The notes beneath the pieces are model-generated. The model was not told the origin of the DNA and searched no databases. It saw only the letters and a list, made by a program, of their open reading frames with translations. Shown here one piece after another: positions 16,041-27,770 of a stretch of 64,000 nt of DNA. The stretch's first letter is position 1. Each line of letters begins with the position of its first letter. The DNA comes from Magallana gigas. Its lineage: Eukaryota. The translations under genes were made by a program, and so were the position numbers. The stretch spans positions 17,174,001 through 17,238,000 of the forward strand of contig NC_088859.1 in assembly GCF_963853765.1 (NCBI RefSeq), written 5' to 3'.

Positions 16041-16635
16041 CGTGGGTTGTTAGAAAAGTTCGCGGACAAGTTCGATTGTGAGCGGATTATTCGCATGATG
16101 CCAGCGAAACATTTCATATTTAATATTGACGTATTTTCTAAGAAATATGTAAAGATTTGTTTATTTCAAAATGCACCTTAAAAATTTACAGATTAATTTT
16201 ATCTTATCTCAAGTCGAAACTGCGTGGACAGAGATTTTCGGACCTAAATGATCTACGATATGACACAAGACATTATACAAAAATTTGACAAATATTAAAT
16301 GGTGTAAACATGCCTTTTATAAATGGGTTAATGGCATGAAACTAAAATGGTATGTGAACTAAAAGGTGTTTACTCTGAAAATGAGTGACAGATTTAAATT
16401 GCCTGTCAGTAGTTTGACGTCACCTGACGTCGTGGAAATGAAATGGTGCTCCGTAAATCCAATTCATGCAAAATAAAAAATCGTTGTATCTTTTGAAAAC
16501 AACTTCAAAATCATATGATTTTTTGCTTACTTATTTTCAATTGGTAGTCATTTAATAAAACATACGTCATCCTACAATGTACAGAGTAATTTTGCCGTAA
16601 ATTATTTTGTCCGCGAACTTTTCTAACAACCCTCG
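16041..16635. mobile_element. Non-autonomous Tc1/mariner-type element, 595 bp
   Basis: 29-bp TIRs at 16041-16069 and 16607-16635 match at 28 of 29 positions (CG[T/A]GGGTTGTTAGAAAAGTTCGCGGACAA). Left flank TA; right flank TG (mutated TA). No transposase ORF. Confidence 0.8.
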
Positions 16636-17465
16636 TGTAATAGTCAAATTCAAATAATACAGAATTTTAAAAAAAAATTAAATTGATATTTCTTAACAAG
16701 ATTTTTATAAGACCCACACCCTATTTTCACCGTTTCATTACCATCATCAATAGTAAACAAGTTACTAATATTGCAGTTAGAACAAATCTTAACTTAATTC
16801 ATGCCAAAGTTTCTAGGAAAAGCATGCCTTTCTCTCTTAATTGATACTCAATCCTCTAACAGATTTTGAACCCAGAAATGCACAATCAATTACTGGAACA
16901 ACATCTTCATCTTTTAAACTCTCCTCACATGCTTTCAATTGCAAAAAGAAAATTTTGTCAAGCGTATTCCTATCTTAATAATATCCAAATACATGTACAT
17001 TGTATACCTTTTTCAACTTTTCATGTAAAAATCATTACTCAACAAACATGTAAATGTAAACCATGCTTTATTAAGATAAATACCTGACAGATCGTAGTGC
17101 GACACACAAAATGGCATAATTTGATATAAATACTATTGTTTTTCAAATGTAACCGAAAAGGGAAAGGAAAATACCCAGAAAAATGTCCAAATAAAATAGA
17201 AAGCGGGACAAAAAATTGCATACAGACCACTAAATACAATGTATATAGCACATAAACAGGCAGCACTTTGCAACAATAAAAATATCTACAAGTAAAACCT
17301 GCCATCTTTACGATAGCAGGCCGTTATCCGTAATGTCGATTTTATTATTCCTGTACAATAATTATAATACAAATCAGATAGCTGATATTACGGCACTTTT
17401 CCCAACTTTCAAGATGGCTGTTAATCGGCTGACAGCGGTAAAAATAACGACAATCTTTCTGGGGT

Positions 17466-20400
17466 TTACTCTTCCACCACGACTTCTTCGACTTTAAGCA
17501 AAAACTCTACAATCTCCTCGTCGTTCTCCTCGTACTCCAACGTGTCCGTATCCACCCCTGTAATACAGCAAGAAACAGCTCAGCACACAATACCTCTCTT
17601 TAACCAGAACTTGCATTCATTCAGAAAACTGATTTTCATTTAAAACTAACACTTTTGCTCTGTTCACTCTTTAACATTCCACATTACATTTGGACAACTA
17701 AACAAGTATTATTTTTATTACATTTCATAATTATTCAATACTGAATACCCATGGTCATTCTGCAATATCCAGCAAAAATTAAGTTCTTCCAGTTTCTTTT
17801 TACATATTTTCACAATATCCCACCAATATCTTCTACAAGTGTTCTCGTACTCGCTACTTACCGTCTCTGAGTTCTAATCTCCTGTATTTCATACTCTCCC
17901 ACTCTTCAGTGGCTCGTTCTCTGAAGCTCTTGTACTCATTCATCATTTCACTTCTCTTCTCAAGAATTTCCTGCAAAAAAACAAAACGCACTGAAAACAT
18001 TGCCACCCTGCTATGATTATGATAATATTGTGTTAATTTTTGAAGCTTTCTTTATCATGTTAGAACCTACTAATTTGCTGACTTACAGTAGAAACATTGG
18101 ATTGTCTAAGTCTGTCCATGACCTCGAACTGCTCGGTGTATTTCTTCATGTTCTTCTTAATGGCCTGTAATAGGAATGAAATATAGAAAAAAGAAAATAA
18201 TTTCTCTGAATTACATTGTACATATATATACGTCTTAAATTATGTTTTATATTATATAAATTCGACTGATTCCAATAATAAATTCAAAATAAACACTTAC
18301 GCGCATCTGTTCTAGAGACAATAAGGAGGGAGGGCGTGGTCGCCATAACAACTGACAGAATCGCTCCAGTTGAATTTTCTGCAGCAGACGCCCTTGGAAA
18401 GACCAGATCCAGTAGCCATTGTCAACCTAAAAACAAGCCCCCCCCCAAAAAATTCAAAAGATTCTCCAAAACATGATAAAATGAAATATCATTTTGGGTT
18501 CAGTTTAGATCTACCCCTACACACATTTACATGGAGTGTGCAGGCTTACCTTGTGTCCCCACCAGCTGACCGCGGACACCACGTATCTGCCTGTGGAGTC
18601 CCACTCAACGTCTGTAGCCATGAAGTGCTCAGTCTGAGCCATCACAGTTACGTCAGAGGCATCCACAAACTCCAGCACTCCATTCATGCTATAAACAAAA
18701 CACCACATACAGATGTATACAGCAATATCGATATAAATCAAAACTGAATTGACTTGTAAGGTCACTCCAAGGTGAACCTGTGTGGGATGTTGATGGATCA
18801 TGTATAGTGGGTTGTAGAGGAGGGGTTTTTCAAGTCCTAATTTTCTATTAGTTTGATCAATGGATCATTATATATCAGAAAATGCTTGTTTCTTGCTTTG
18901 TTCTGAAACTGACAATATACTATTCTTACTTGCGTAATCCTGCTAGAACAATAAACTGTCCAGCGGGACTCCAGAACAGGTGGTTTGCTTGTTTTCTTTC
19001 CAGAGTTTCTGCAAACAGAAAATAAGTTAAAATCAAAATTCAAATCATGCAAATGATAGAAACAAATTTTTATAATGTTTACAATTCTGTCTTCTTACTG
19101 ATAGTTTCCACTTTCCCTGGTCTGATCTGGTAAAATGAAACTGAAATCCTGGGGGATTCTCCATGTATAAATGCAAATCGACTGCCAACAGGCTCCCAGG
19201 CAAATGCAATCACATTTTCTGCAAAAAGATAATCAAGATGATTCACATAAAAACAATTTTAGCAAGAAAAACAGTAAAATGAATCTTCTTGGATAATAAA
19301 TTAATTTACCTTTGACTTCTACCTTATCCACTGGAATCTGCTTTTCTCGAATTCTAAACAGCTCGAAATTGTAATAAAGACCCTGCAAAAAAAAAAATCA
19401 GAATGTAACATGTAAGAAGAAAACACTCTGTAGTTCAACATTTTGACTTTTTTCACTATGTTCACAGCAAATGAATTGGTCTTCACTTAGACTGTACTTG
19501 TCAATGAATTGGTCTTCACTTAGACTGTACTTGTCAATGAATTGGTCTTTGCTTACACTGTACTTGTCAATGAATTGGTCTTCACTTAGACTGTACTTGA
19601 ACTGGTCATTTCATAAACTGCATTAAACTGGTCTTTACTTACACTGTACTTAAACTGGTCTTTCTCATCAATCTTCTTGGCCTTGGAGTAGCGATCGACT
19701 TTGACACACAAGTAGTCCCCATTCTTTTGCCAGTGCATCTTGCAGTCAGCGACATTGAAGAGATTTTTGATACACAGTTCCTGGCGACTAGGCATCTGGA
19801 TGAGAGTGACTCTAGCTGGTACGTTCTGCTGTTCAGGCACCCAGTAGGCTATGATGTTGTCAGAGGGAGACCAGGAAAAGTCCCTGTAGGCAGAAAATGG
19901 CCATTTATACACAACCAATCAAATACAATATTGTATACTTCATAAATTAAACAAATCAGTATATATATTAAAGGCACTTTGAAGTTTTCTAACAGTATTT
20001 TTAGCTTACCTCAGTCCAGTAATTTTCAAACTTTTCTTCTCAAGCAACCCCATTGACTAAAATATCAAAAATATGAAATTAATGATGTGACATTTTTCGA
20101 ACATATAACTGGATTTCAAATATGACATTCACATGATCTTCCTTATTTGTAATGTGCTTACTGGTGTTTCATAAACACTGAGAGTATCTGGGGTAATCCT
20201 CCCAAAGTAGCTTCCATCATTGCTCCACCTGCAAACGAAAAATATTCATTTTCAATATCTCTTTAATGTCTAGCTATGCCAAGCAAATTTGATCAAATTC
20301 ATTATCAGAGAACAAAATACATCATTGATACTGACTTGAGTATGGGCCAGGTGGATTGTGTCTCGCAGTGGAAGCCTCGCTTCTTCATGCCAGTCCTGAT

Positions 20401-22825
20401 GTCCCAGATAATGATCTGCTGCTGGTCTTCCTGGGTGGAAAGGATGGGGCTGAACGTCACCATGTATCGCTCACAGGGAGAGAAGTCGATCAGCTGAACC
20501 CCGGGGTGGCTGAACCTCATGATCTGTTCAAACTTTTCCCCTCCCCACAGAGCTATGCCCTTAGCATGGAAGGTTGCTAGGTAGGTTCCCTGGGGTGACC
20601 AGCGAATGTACGTCTCAGTCCACCTCTACAAAGAGATCAGAGAATACATAAACACTGCAACTGCTTGAGCAAAAATTCCTAACAATATCGTAAGTGTTTT
20701 GATACTAAAAATAAATTAATCCTAATATCTCTCTCTCCCTCTATGACCTCATAAAAAATATATAATTATCATAGAATTACAATTTTTTTTAATAATGTTT
20801 TATCAAAGTTTCAATTCAACTCCTTTCATTTATAAGAAGAAAATAATTGAAAATTGCCATTTAACAGCAATAACTTACTGCTCTTTCTTCAATAAGCACA
20901 GGTTCCCTGGCAGTGTTCTTGAATATAGCTGTTCTGTCTCCTCCATCATATATGACACTGAACTGATCATAACAGTCTGGTTCTTGCAAGAAGTAGCGCA
21001 GGTTTCCCTAAAAATATTTAAAAAATCCTCTGTCATTGAACCACCAGGTTTATACTGAAAACTTATTTTGAAATAAAAAGAATTCAGTAAAATGTTTTCT
21101 GCATCTTAATTCAAAAATGAAAGATTTGGAAACTGCTGAAATGCTCCAAGAATGAATACTCCAAGCTTTATTGACTCAGATAGTTATATTATATGATTAT
21201 ACTTACGACATCATGGTAAGGTTTGGGTTTAGGTGGTTCCCACTCCTCTGGGATTTTCTCATACCTAAATTAAAGGATCAAACATCATCATATGAAAGGA
21301 TAAGAGGGAAAACATTAAACATTGTTATCAAGATTGTCACTGGTGTCTGCTAAGACAAAATTTGTCCTATATGTATAGTACAAGGCTCCAATGATAAAGG
21401 GTACTTACTTGTCAAAGTCAGAAAAAATGTTCACTTGAAGGGTATGCTGCTTGTCAAGCTTGTATCCATTCGCCATCTTGACAGCCTCACTGGCATGGAG
21501 AGGTGAGGTGTATTCAATGAAAACGTACCTGAAAGAAAGAGAGTTCACACATTTTAAAAATATTTATAGAGCAATGCTCTCTTTGCAAACAGTTTTCAGA
21601 AGATTGTATGGTTGAAAAGCAAGGACTTACATTTCAACATTACATTTCATAATTTTTAAAAATAATTTTCTACCATTTTTTAAAAGAAGACTAACCCTTT
21701 TGTCTTTTCATTAGTAACTGGAAAAAATTCCCTGTTGATTTTGCCAAACTTCTCGAAGATTTTTCTGATGACATTTTTTAGTTTTTCCTGTCTGTCAGGT
21801 CCTACTTGGGGAACATTATCTACCACGACAATGTTATCAATGCCATCCGATTCTTTAGGTTTGCTCCTCAGTAAATCTCCTAGCAATTCTGAAAACAGAA
21901 AACCAGGTAATTAGTTAAATGATAAATTTTTTTTCTAAAGTGTAGAGCACATAGTGAACTTCAGTTTAGTTTTATATCATTAAATAACAAGTTATTTGCT
22001 TGACCATATGTTAACTAATAGAAATAAGAGTTATCTTAAATACCGTATTGTTAATCTGACTGTTACTTTACTGAAGTTTTAGTTGATAGATAAGGCATTA
22101 TAATAAACAGTTGTTGTTTCATATTTCACCAAACTGTGTCAAGTTACTCTGCAAAGAGCTGTGCTACAGTTACTGTTAATAGGTTTGTTATAGGAGACAG
22201 CGAAGTGTAGTAGAAATAAGTTTTTCAGTAAACATAAAGGTTGTGAAAAAGTTTTGAGTTACAGTCATGTGGATCAAAATAATGTTACAGAAGAATTTGT
22301 TTGCGGCAAAGATTGTTAATTCAATCATCAATGTATTATTATGTCGATTTACAGAATTTTTCTTATTCAAAAAAAATATTCTTTGAACTATCAAGATTTT
22401 ATGTATATCCCATTTAGGGCATCATATCACAACCGGGTCGTTTCATCAAATTTGGGCGATTGGTCTCACTTTGAGAAGTTGTTAGTGACTTTATTATGTC
22501 AAACTTTCATTTTGATAAACGTTTATGTAAGGAATAAAAGCAATAACTTTGTATTTCATTTTCATCGTGCCTATCCTGGCATTATGTGGCCAAATATTGC
22601 TCCTTTTATTGTTACACGTGTTTGCAAGTTCAGACTTCCTACCCATATTGCACAAAATAAACATTGTAAACTTTTTGAACCTTCTTCAGAAATGTCATCG
22701 ACGTAACCCTCTGGATCGCTGAAATCTGGTTCCTCTATTTCGTCACCATTTACACTCCCTTGTGACTGCGATTCAGACTTTCTATGTCTTCTTGACTCGC
22801 TATCGGAGCCCCTGTCAGCCGCCAT
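17466..22825 (-). CDS. EIF3B: Eukaryotic translation initiation factor 3 subunit B (about 701 aa, 17 coding exons)
   Basis: Exons 22825-22681, 21888-21696, 21528-21409, 21264-21207, 21007-20879, 20625-20336, 20228-20162, 20056-20010, 19883-19643, 19382-19310, 19218-19099, 19008-18930, 18688-18550, 18426-18301, 18164-18087, 17970-17862 and 17557-17466 sum to 2106 nt in one frame with GT-AG introns. Motifs: [18 protein letters not shown] ([19 protein letters not shown]), WD40 propeller ([57 protein letters not shown]). Confidence 0.97.
19469..19660 (-). repeat. 33-bp minisatellite derived from the EIF3B exon 9 donor junction
   Basis: Unit AATGAATTGGTCTTCACTTAGACTGTACTTGTC at 19469, 19503, 19536 and 19569 (first spacing approximate). 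On the minus strand it copies AAGTACAGT|GTAAGTAAAGACCA, the real exon end and donor at 19643. Confidence 0.88.
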
Positions 22826-22869
22826 CTTGAAATCCTCGTGCACTTTGCCGGTTTTATTCTGCGCATGCG
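22818..22869 (-). promoter_or_regulatory. EIF3B housekeeping promoter motifs
   Basis: YY1-type AAGATGGCGGC overlaps the start codon. NRF1-type TGCGCATGCG at 22860-22869. Confidence 0.55.
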
Positions 22870-23118
22870 TAGAAATAATATTAGCTTGTACCAAGACATT
22901 ATCGAGAAAAGCAAATCTCTATTGAAGACATATGGCTTTTTTGTGGTTGACTTTAGTTTACACTACGGAAGCGTATTAGTGCCACTCTATATTTATTTAT
23001 TTTTTTAATTTCAAGTTTAAAATTGGAATTTCCAACTTTAATCTTTGAATTTCCAACTTTAAAGTTGGAATTTCCAACTTTAATCTTGGAATTTCCAACT
23101 TGATTTTTCCAACTTTAA

Positions 23119-23536
23119 AGCTGAACACCGCTCGTAAATAAGCACTGTCCGCCATATTTCTCTTTCAGCACCGCTCTTCCTACACCCCTATATAAGCCAT
23201 AGACCTCTTAACAGTTCAAAGTATATCGCTGTAGAGGTCTCACCTGTGTGGACGTACATCTTGCTTCGCCATGTTACTCGGTCGCGATGAAATTGTCAAG
23301 TTTTACGCACTTTTTTCAAACCAGGAGAGTACTAACATCAAATGAACTGGTCATTGCATTATTTACAGACATAATGTGCACATAAATAACAATTAAATGC
23401 ATAAAAATCCAAAGACAACGAAAGGAACACTACACGTCGGCCACGAGTTTCAGATGTGCAATCGGGTGTAACGAAATCGAAGGGTTTATATACCAGGTAC
23501 CTGTGTGCGGTTCCTATTTACGAGCGGTGTTCAGCT
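23119..23536. mobile_element. Kolobok-like non-autonomous element, 418 bp, nested in element A
   Basis: 22-bp perfect TIR AGCTGAACACCGCTCGTAAATA, AG..CT termini, TTAA duplicated at 23115-23118 and 23537-23540. Confidence 0.8.
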
Positions 23537-23715
23537 TTAAAGTCGGAATTTCCAACTTTAATCTTGGAATTTCGAACTTTAATATTGGAATTTCCAACTT
23601 TAATCTTGGAATTTCCAACTTTAAAGTTGGAATTTCCAAATTTATTCTTGGAATTTCCAACTTTAATCTTGGAATTCAATTCAACATATTTATTCATTGT
23701 TCAGCACATACTACC

Positions 23716-25407
23716 CAGAGGCAGATCCAGCAATTTGGAAAAGGGGGGGGGGTCCATTTGATGAAAACCAAAAAGTGCAAAATTCATCATTTGTCAATAA
23801 ACAAGGACTTTTTGAACGTTTTCCGTGCGTATACAACTGTATTTTATAAACATTTTTCTCATCACTATCTATTTCACATCTATTTCAACAGCAGAGTGCA
23901 CTGCATTATTGAGCGTTTTTGCCGTTTTGGTTTAGGTAAGGAAGATTTGCATACTATCTAGCCAGAAGAAACCCAAGTCTCCAGCATGAGAAAGTGCGTC
24001 TATGCTTGACTGAAAAGAAACACTAAGAAGCAAAAAACAATTCAGACTAATTACGACAAACTATTATAAAAATTGATATTTTGGTAATTTTTTTATGTCT
24101 TTGATGTTTTTAAATTCTGAACTATTTATCGATTTTGAGTTCTATCGATTGCCTTTTTAAATAAAGGTCTAAATGATAGGATATGACCAAAAAATGGGGA
24201 TAATTTATGTGCTGAATAAATGGTACGTGTGTAATACAATGGTAAAAGCAATTGTCGTCCCAGGGAACTTGATGTGACCCCTGTAATGGCCGGGTGCGCT
24301 ACATCATTCGGCACAAGTACAGATGCGATCATATTTAGAAAAGTTGGGTATTTTCATAATGGTTTACATATTAACCCTTTATACGATATTTTTGTAACAG
24401 AATTTCCGACTTTTGGAAAACAAAACAAAAAAGGCTTTCTTTTGTGTTTCATGTGGGTATGAAGGTAGCCAGCATTCCAGAAAAATAGCATAACCCGCAT
24501 AAGTAATGTAATCATGTAATTTTCTTTGTATATTTCTTTGTATTTTTGTATAAACCGAATTAATTTAAACTTATCTATTATGATTACTTAAGTTAATTAA
24601 ACAATACATTTGAAAGCGGCTTTTAAAAGTAAAACGAATGCGTGTACTCGTACTTGAACGTCGTTTTTACTCGATGGTTTGTCAATTCAAAACTGTATGA
24701 ACTATAATCGATTTTCTTAAATAGGAAATAGATTAGAAAATACATTGTAGCTGTTGTTATAAATCTGTGTTTTTTAATGATACTGCTTAATTTCTTTTTT
24801 ATTTCCACATGTTTACTCGGGTCATGTAATTTTCTTTGTATTTTTCCTTTGAAACGAAGTAAAACTCATCTATTATAAATATTATTATATATATATATTA
24901 TAATTAACTAAACAATAAATTTGAAAGCGAATGCGTGTACTCATACTTGAACGTCGTTTTACTCGATGGCTTGTCAGTTCAAAACTGTATGAACTATAAT
25001 AAATTTTTTTTTTTAAGAAATAGAGTAGAAAATACAGTGTAGATGTTATTATAAATCTGTGTTTTTTAGCGATACTCCTTAATATTATGTAATTTTTCTT
25101 TAATTTTCCACATGTTTACTCAGTGTAGTAAACACCGGATGCTGAAGGGGAGTACAATGTACTTTATTTCGATAAAAAATCGATAGGGTTTTTTCACATA
25201 AGAACAAAATTATGGGACGCAGTACGAAATTCTTTAAATAAGCAATTTTAAAAAAATTTCTTTGAGATAATTACAGTATTTCTATTATAAATGGGGAAAA
25301 TTGTCTTTAAATAGGCACTAAACGTTTTCAAAAAAATTCATATGTCCCAGAGAAAGGGGGGGGGGGGGTTCCGACCCCCGGAACCCCCCCCCCCTCTGGA
25401 TCCGCCA
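23716..25407. mobile_element. hAT-like non-autonomous element, about 1.7 kb, nested in element A
   Basis: Left end CAGAGGCAGATCCAG, right end CTGGATCCGCCA (apparently short by 3 nt), with G/C-rich subterminal tracts. 8-bp direct repeat ATACTACC at 23708-23715 and 25408-25415. Confidence 0.62.
24513..25121 (+). repeat. Tandem duplication of about 300 bp
   Basis: About 24513-24818 and 24824-25121 share CATGTAATTTTCTTTGTA, GAATGCGTGTACTC.TACTTGAACGTCGTTTT, TCAAAACTGTATGAACTATAAT and TTCCACATGTTTACTC in the same order. Confidence 0.82.
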
Positions 25408-25580
25408 ATACTACCGTATATGTATGTGTTAACTGAAAATTCCTTGTTGAAAATTGCAGAATAGATTATTTATATATAATCACTTTCCTAAATGTTTTTC
25501 AGTACTATGCTTCATTAGGCTTAATCCTTTTAAATCTTCTATTTATGGAGGTTTTTTTAGAATTTATTTAATATGTATAT

Positions 25581-25736
25581 NNNNNNNNNNNNNNNNNNNN
25601 NNNNNNNNNNNNNNNNNNNNNNNNNNNNNNNNNNNNNNNNNNNNNNNNNNNNNNNNNNNNNNNNNNNNNNNNNNNNNNNNNNNNNNNNNNNNNNNNNNNN
25701 NNNNNNNNNNNNNNNNNNNNNNNNNNNNNNNNNNNN
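25581..25736. other. Assembly gap (N run)
   Basis: Run of N inside element A. Confidence 1.
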
Positions 25737-27059
25737 TGTTTTCATGGAATTAAAAAAATAAAATTGAAATTATAATTATGACATGTTCTATTATTTCCAG
25801 TGAGTTCGAGTTGTTGTGTTATTATATTGAGTTCTTCTTGAAAGCGAATGAGCTCCTCCATTCTTTTTATGAGTAAAGCCTAATTCACACTGAACAAAAA
25901 ATCATAGTATATATCTATTTATATATATAGATATAATAAAAATCAACTTTATAGTTGATTTTTCCAACTTTAAAGTTGGAAATTCCAAGATTACAGTTGA
26001 AAATTCCAACTTTAAAGTTGGAAATTCCAACTTTAAAGTTGGAATTAAAGTTGGAAATTCCAAGATTAAAGTTGGAAATTCCAACTTTAAAGTTGGAAAA
26101 AGTTGGAAATTCCAACTTTAAAGTTGGAATTTTAAAGAAAAAAAATACAAAGTGGCACTAATACGCTTCCGTACTACACTCATGACTGTGCCTGTTTTTG
26201 TGCAACCTGGTAAAAACGGTGTTTTGATATCTTTCAGGACTTTTTAGATACCAAATATGAAAAAGAACACGAAAAAAAACGCCAAAATACAGATAGAAAT
26301 AATTCGATTTTTTAAGGAAAACTTTTTTTTTTACGATTCTCCGTTGTTTGGTAGGCGAGCGTTGTCATTGTGCTTTAATGACGTTATGATAAAATGCAGC
26401 TACCGGTATGTAGGAGTATAAGTTTTAAGAAATAACATAAATAAATAGTAAAAAGTGCACACCTAGAAATTTTTACACATAGGATTATGCTATTCTCAAA
26501 GTTATTTCTCTTAATTTTTTAAGAATACATATTGCACCAATCTGCATTTGTAATGCCCCAAATAAATAGCAAAATTTGGTGCATTTTGACATTTTGAGAC
26601 GACCACCATTTAAAGGATCGTGGTCACGATTTCGGTTGTTTACAGTGCTTTAGTAATTAACTTCTAATGATCAACCCAAATTGGAGTACCAGTCGTAGAG
26701 TTATAAGCAAGATACGGAGCTTACAATTCATTGTTACATGTATGTAGACAGGCTCATGCCAGCCTCTTTGAAACAAGATGGTATATAACAAGTAACTAAA
26801 ACAAATGCTTTAAAACCCACTAAGAATTTCGAACAAAGAATAATTTATCTTGGAATAACAAAAACAATAATATTTTGGACCGAAAACCCTTGGCCGACGA
26901 AGCGAAGATGGTGAATTATTCGATTAAAGTACATGTACTCTCCTTCTGCATCCGTTATTATTTTTTATTTGTTATACATGTACTTACATGTCTGTGATAA
27001 CACTTCGAATTACATTTGTAATTATAGTTCAATAATTTCATCAATGACATGTTTCGAAG

Positions 27060-27208
27060 AATAAGGAATCATCCTTTAGTATTATTAGGTGGTCAAATAC
27101 GGTCAGGAGTGATCAAACCTAACAAAGCCCGAAACGCTTTATAATAGATTTGATCACGCCCAACCGTATTTGATCATTTCATAATATTTAAGAATGATTT
27201 CTGATTAC
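27060..27208. mobile_element. Second copy of palindromic MITE family P2
   Basis: AATAAGGAATCAT..GGTCAAATACGGTCAGGAGTGATCAAA..TTTGATCACGCCCAACCGTATTTGATCA..AATGATTTCTGATT aligns with 13125-13282. Confidence 0.72.
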
Positions 27209-27703
27209 TATTTACATAATTTTTAGCGATTGTATGATTAATGAAATGTATTGGACTATATATTAGATAACAATTCGTAGTATTATGAATAAAATATATA
27301 AGTAAAGAAGATTGGCGGGGCCGGGGGGGGGGGGGGGTAAGGCGGGTAAAATACCTCTATATTAAGATGGATAAGAAACAAGCTGAAAAACAAAACTTAT
27401 TCTTATAACCTTTAAAAAGGTTCATTACATGTACATGGAACATATTGATTTAAACTGGTGTATGCATAAAAAAATCTTCAAACAGTGTTCGATTTTTTTT
27501 ATAACTTCAATCAATCAATGCCTTTTATTTTATAGTGAGGGTCTGTGCTTCATTTTTTTGTCGTTTTCAAATTATAGGGTTTATTTCAAAACGAACCAAT
27601 TTCTATCGACAAAAAGTTAAGTGATGACCCACTATACATAAATAGATACATGTATATGAATTTTGTATTTTCGCATTTAATGAAATAAGGTAAACTTTGT
27701 TGT

Positions 27704-27770
27704 GACTGAAGTGGTTCAGTGGATAGAGCACTTTTTAGGCTTTTTAGGTTAAGAGTTTGATGCCATTTAA
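27704..27770 (+). pseudogene. Possible decayed tRNA-derived SINE head
   Basis: GTGGTTCAGTGGATAGAGCA resembles a Pol III A box and D arm; the downstream B box is poor. No cloverleaf. Confidence 0.25.

Larger units (their letters stand above)
22964..26173. mobile_element. Non-autonomous TIR element A (IS3EU-like: TAY..RTA termini, 6-bp TSD), about 3.2 kb with nested inserts
   Basis: Perfect 23-bp TIR TACGGAAGCGTATTAGTGCCACT (22964-22986 / 26151-26173). Flanks TTACAC / CTACAC (5 of 6). Subterminal arrays of a 21-bp unit AAGTTGGAAWTTCCAACTTTA, inverted at the two ends. Spans an N gap. The superfamily is assigned from the recalled terminal/TSD signature only. Confidence 0.72.

Noticed and set aside
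23456-26161. ORFs with 7-aa repeats (EFPTLIL, GISNFNL), also ICYNKLL at 62201-63980 and IEYKWKI at 10359
   Set aside because: Translations of 21-bp tandem DNA units inside transposons. They are open on both strands and several frames with no splice or codon support, so they are not heptad or leucine-rich proteins.
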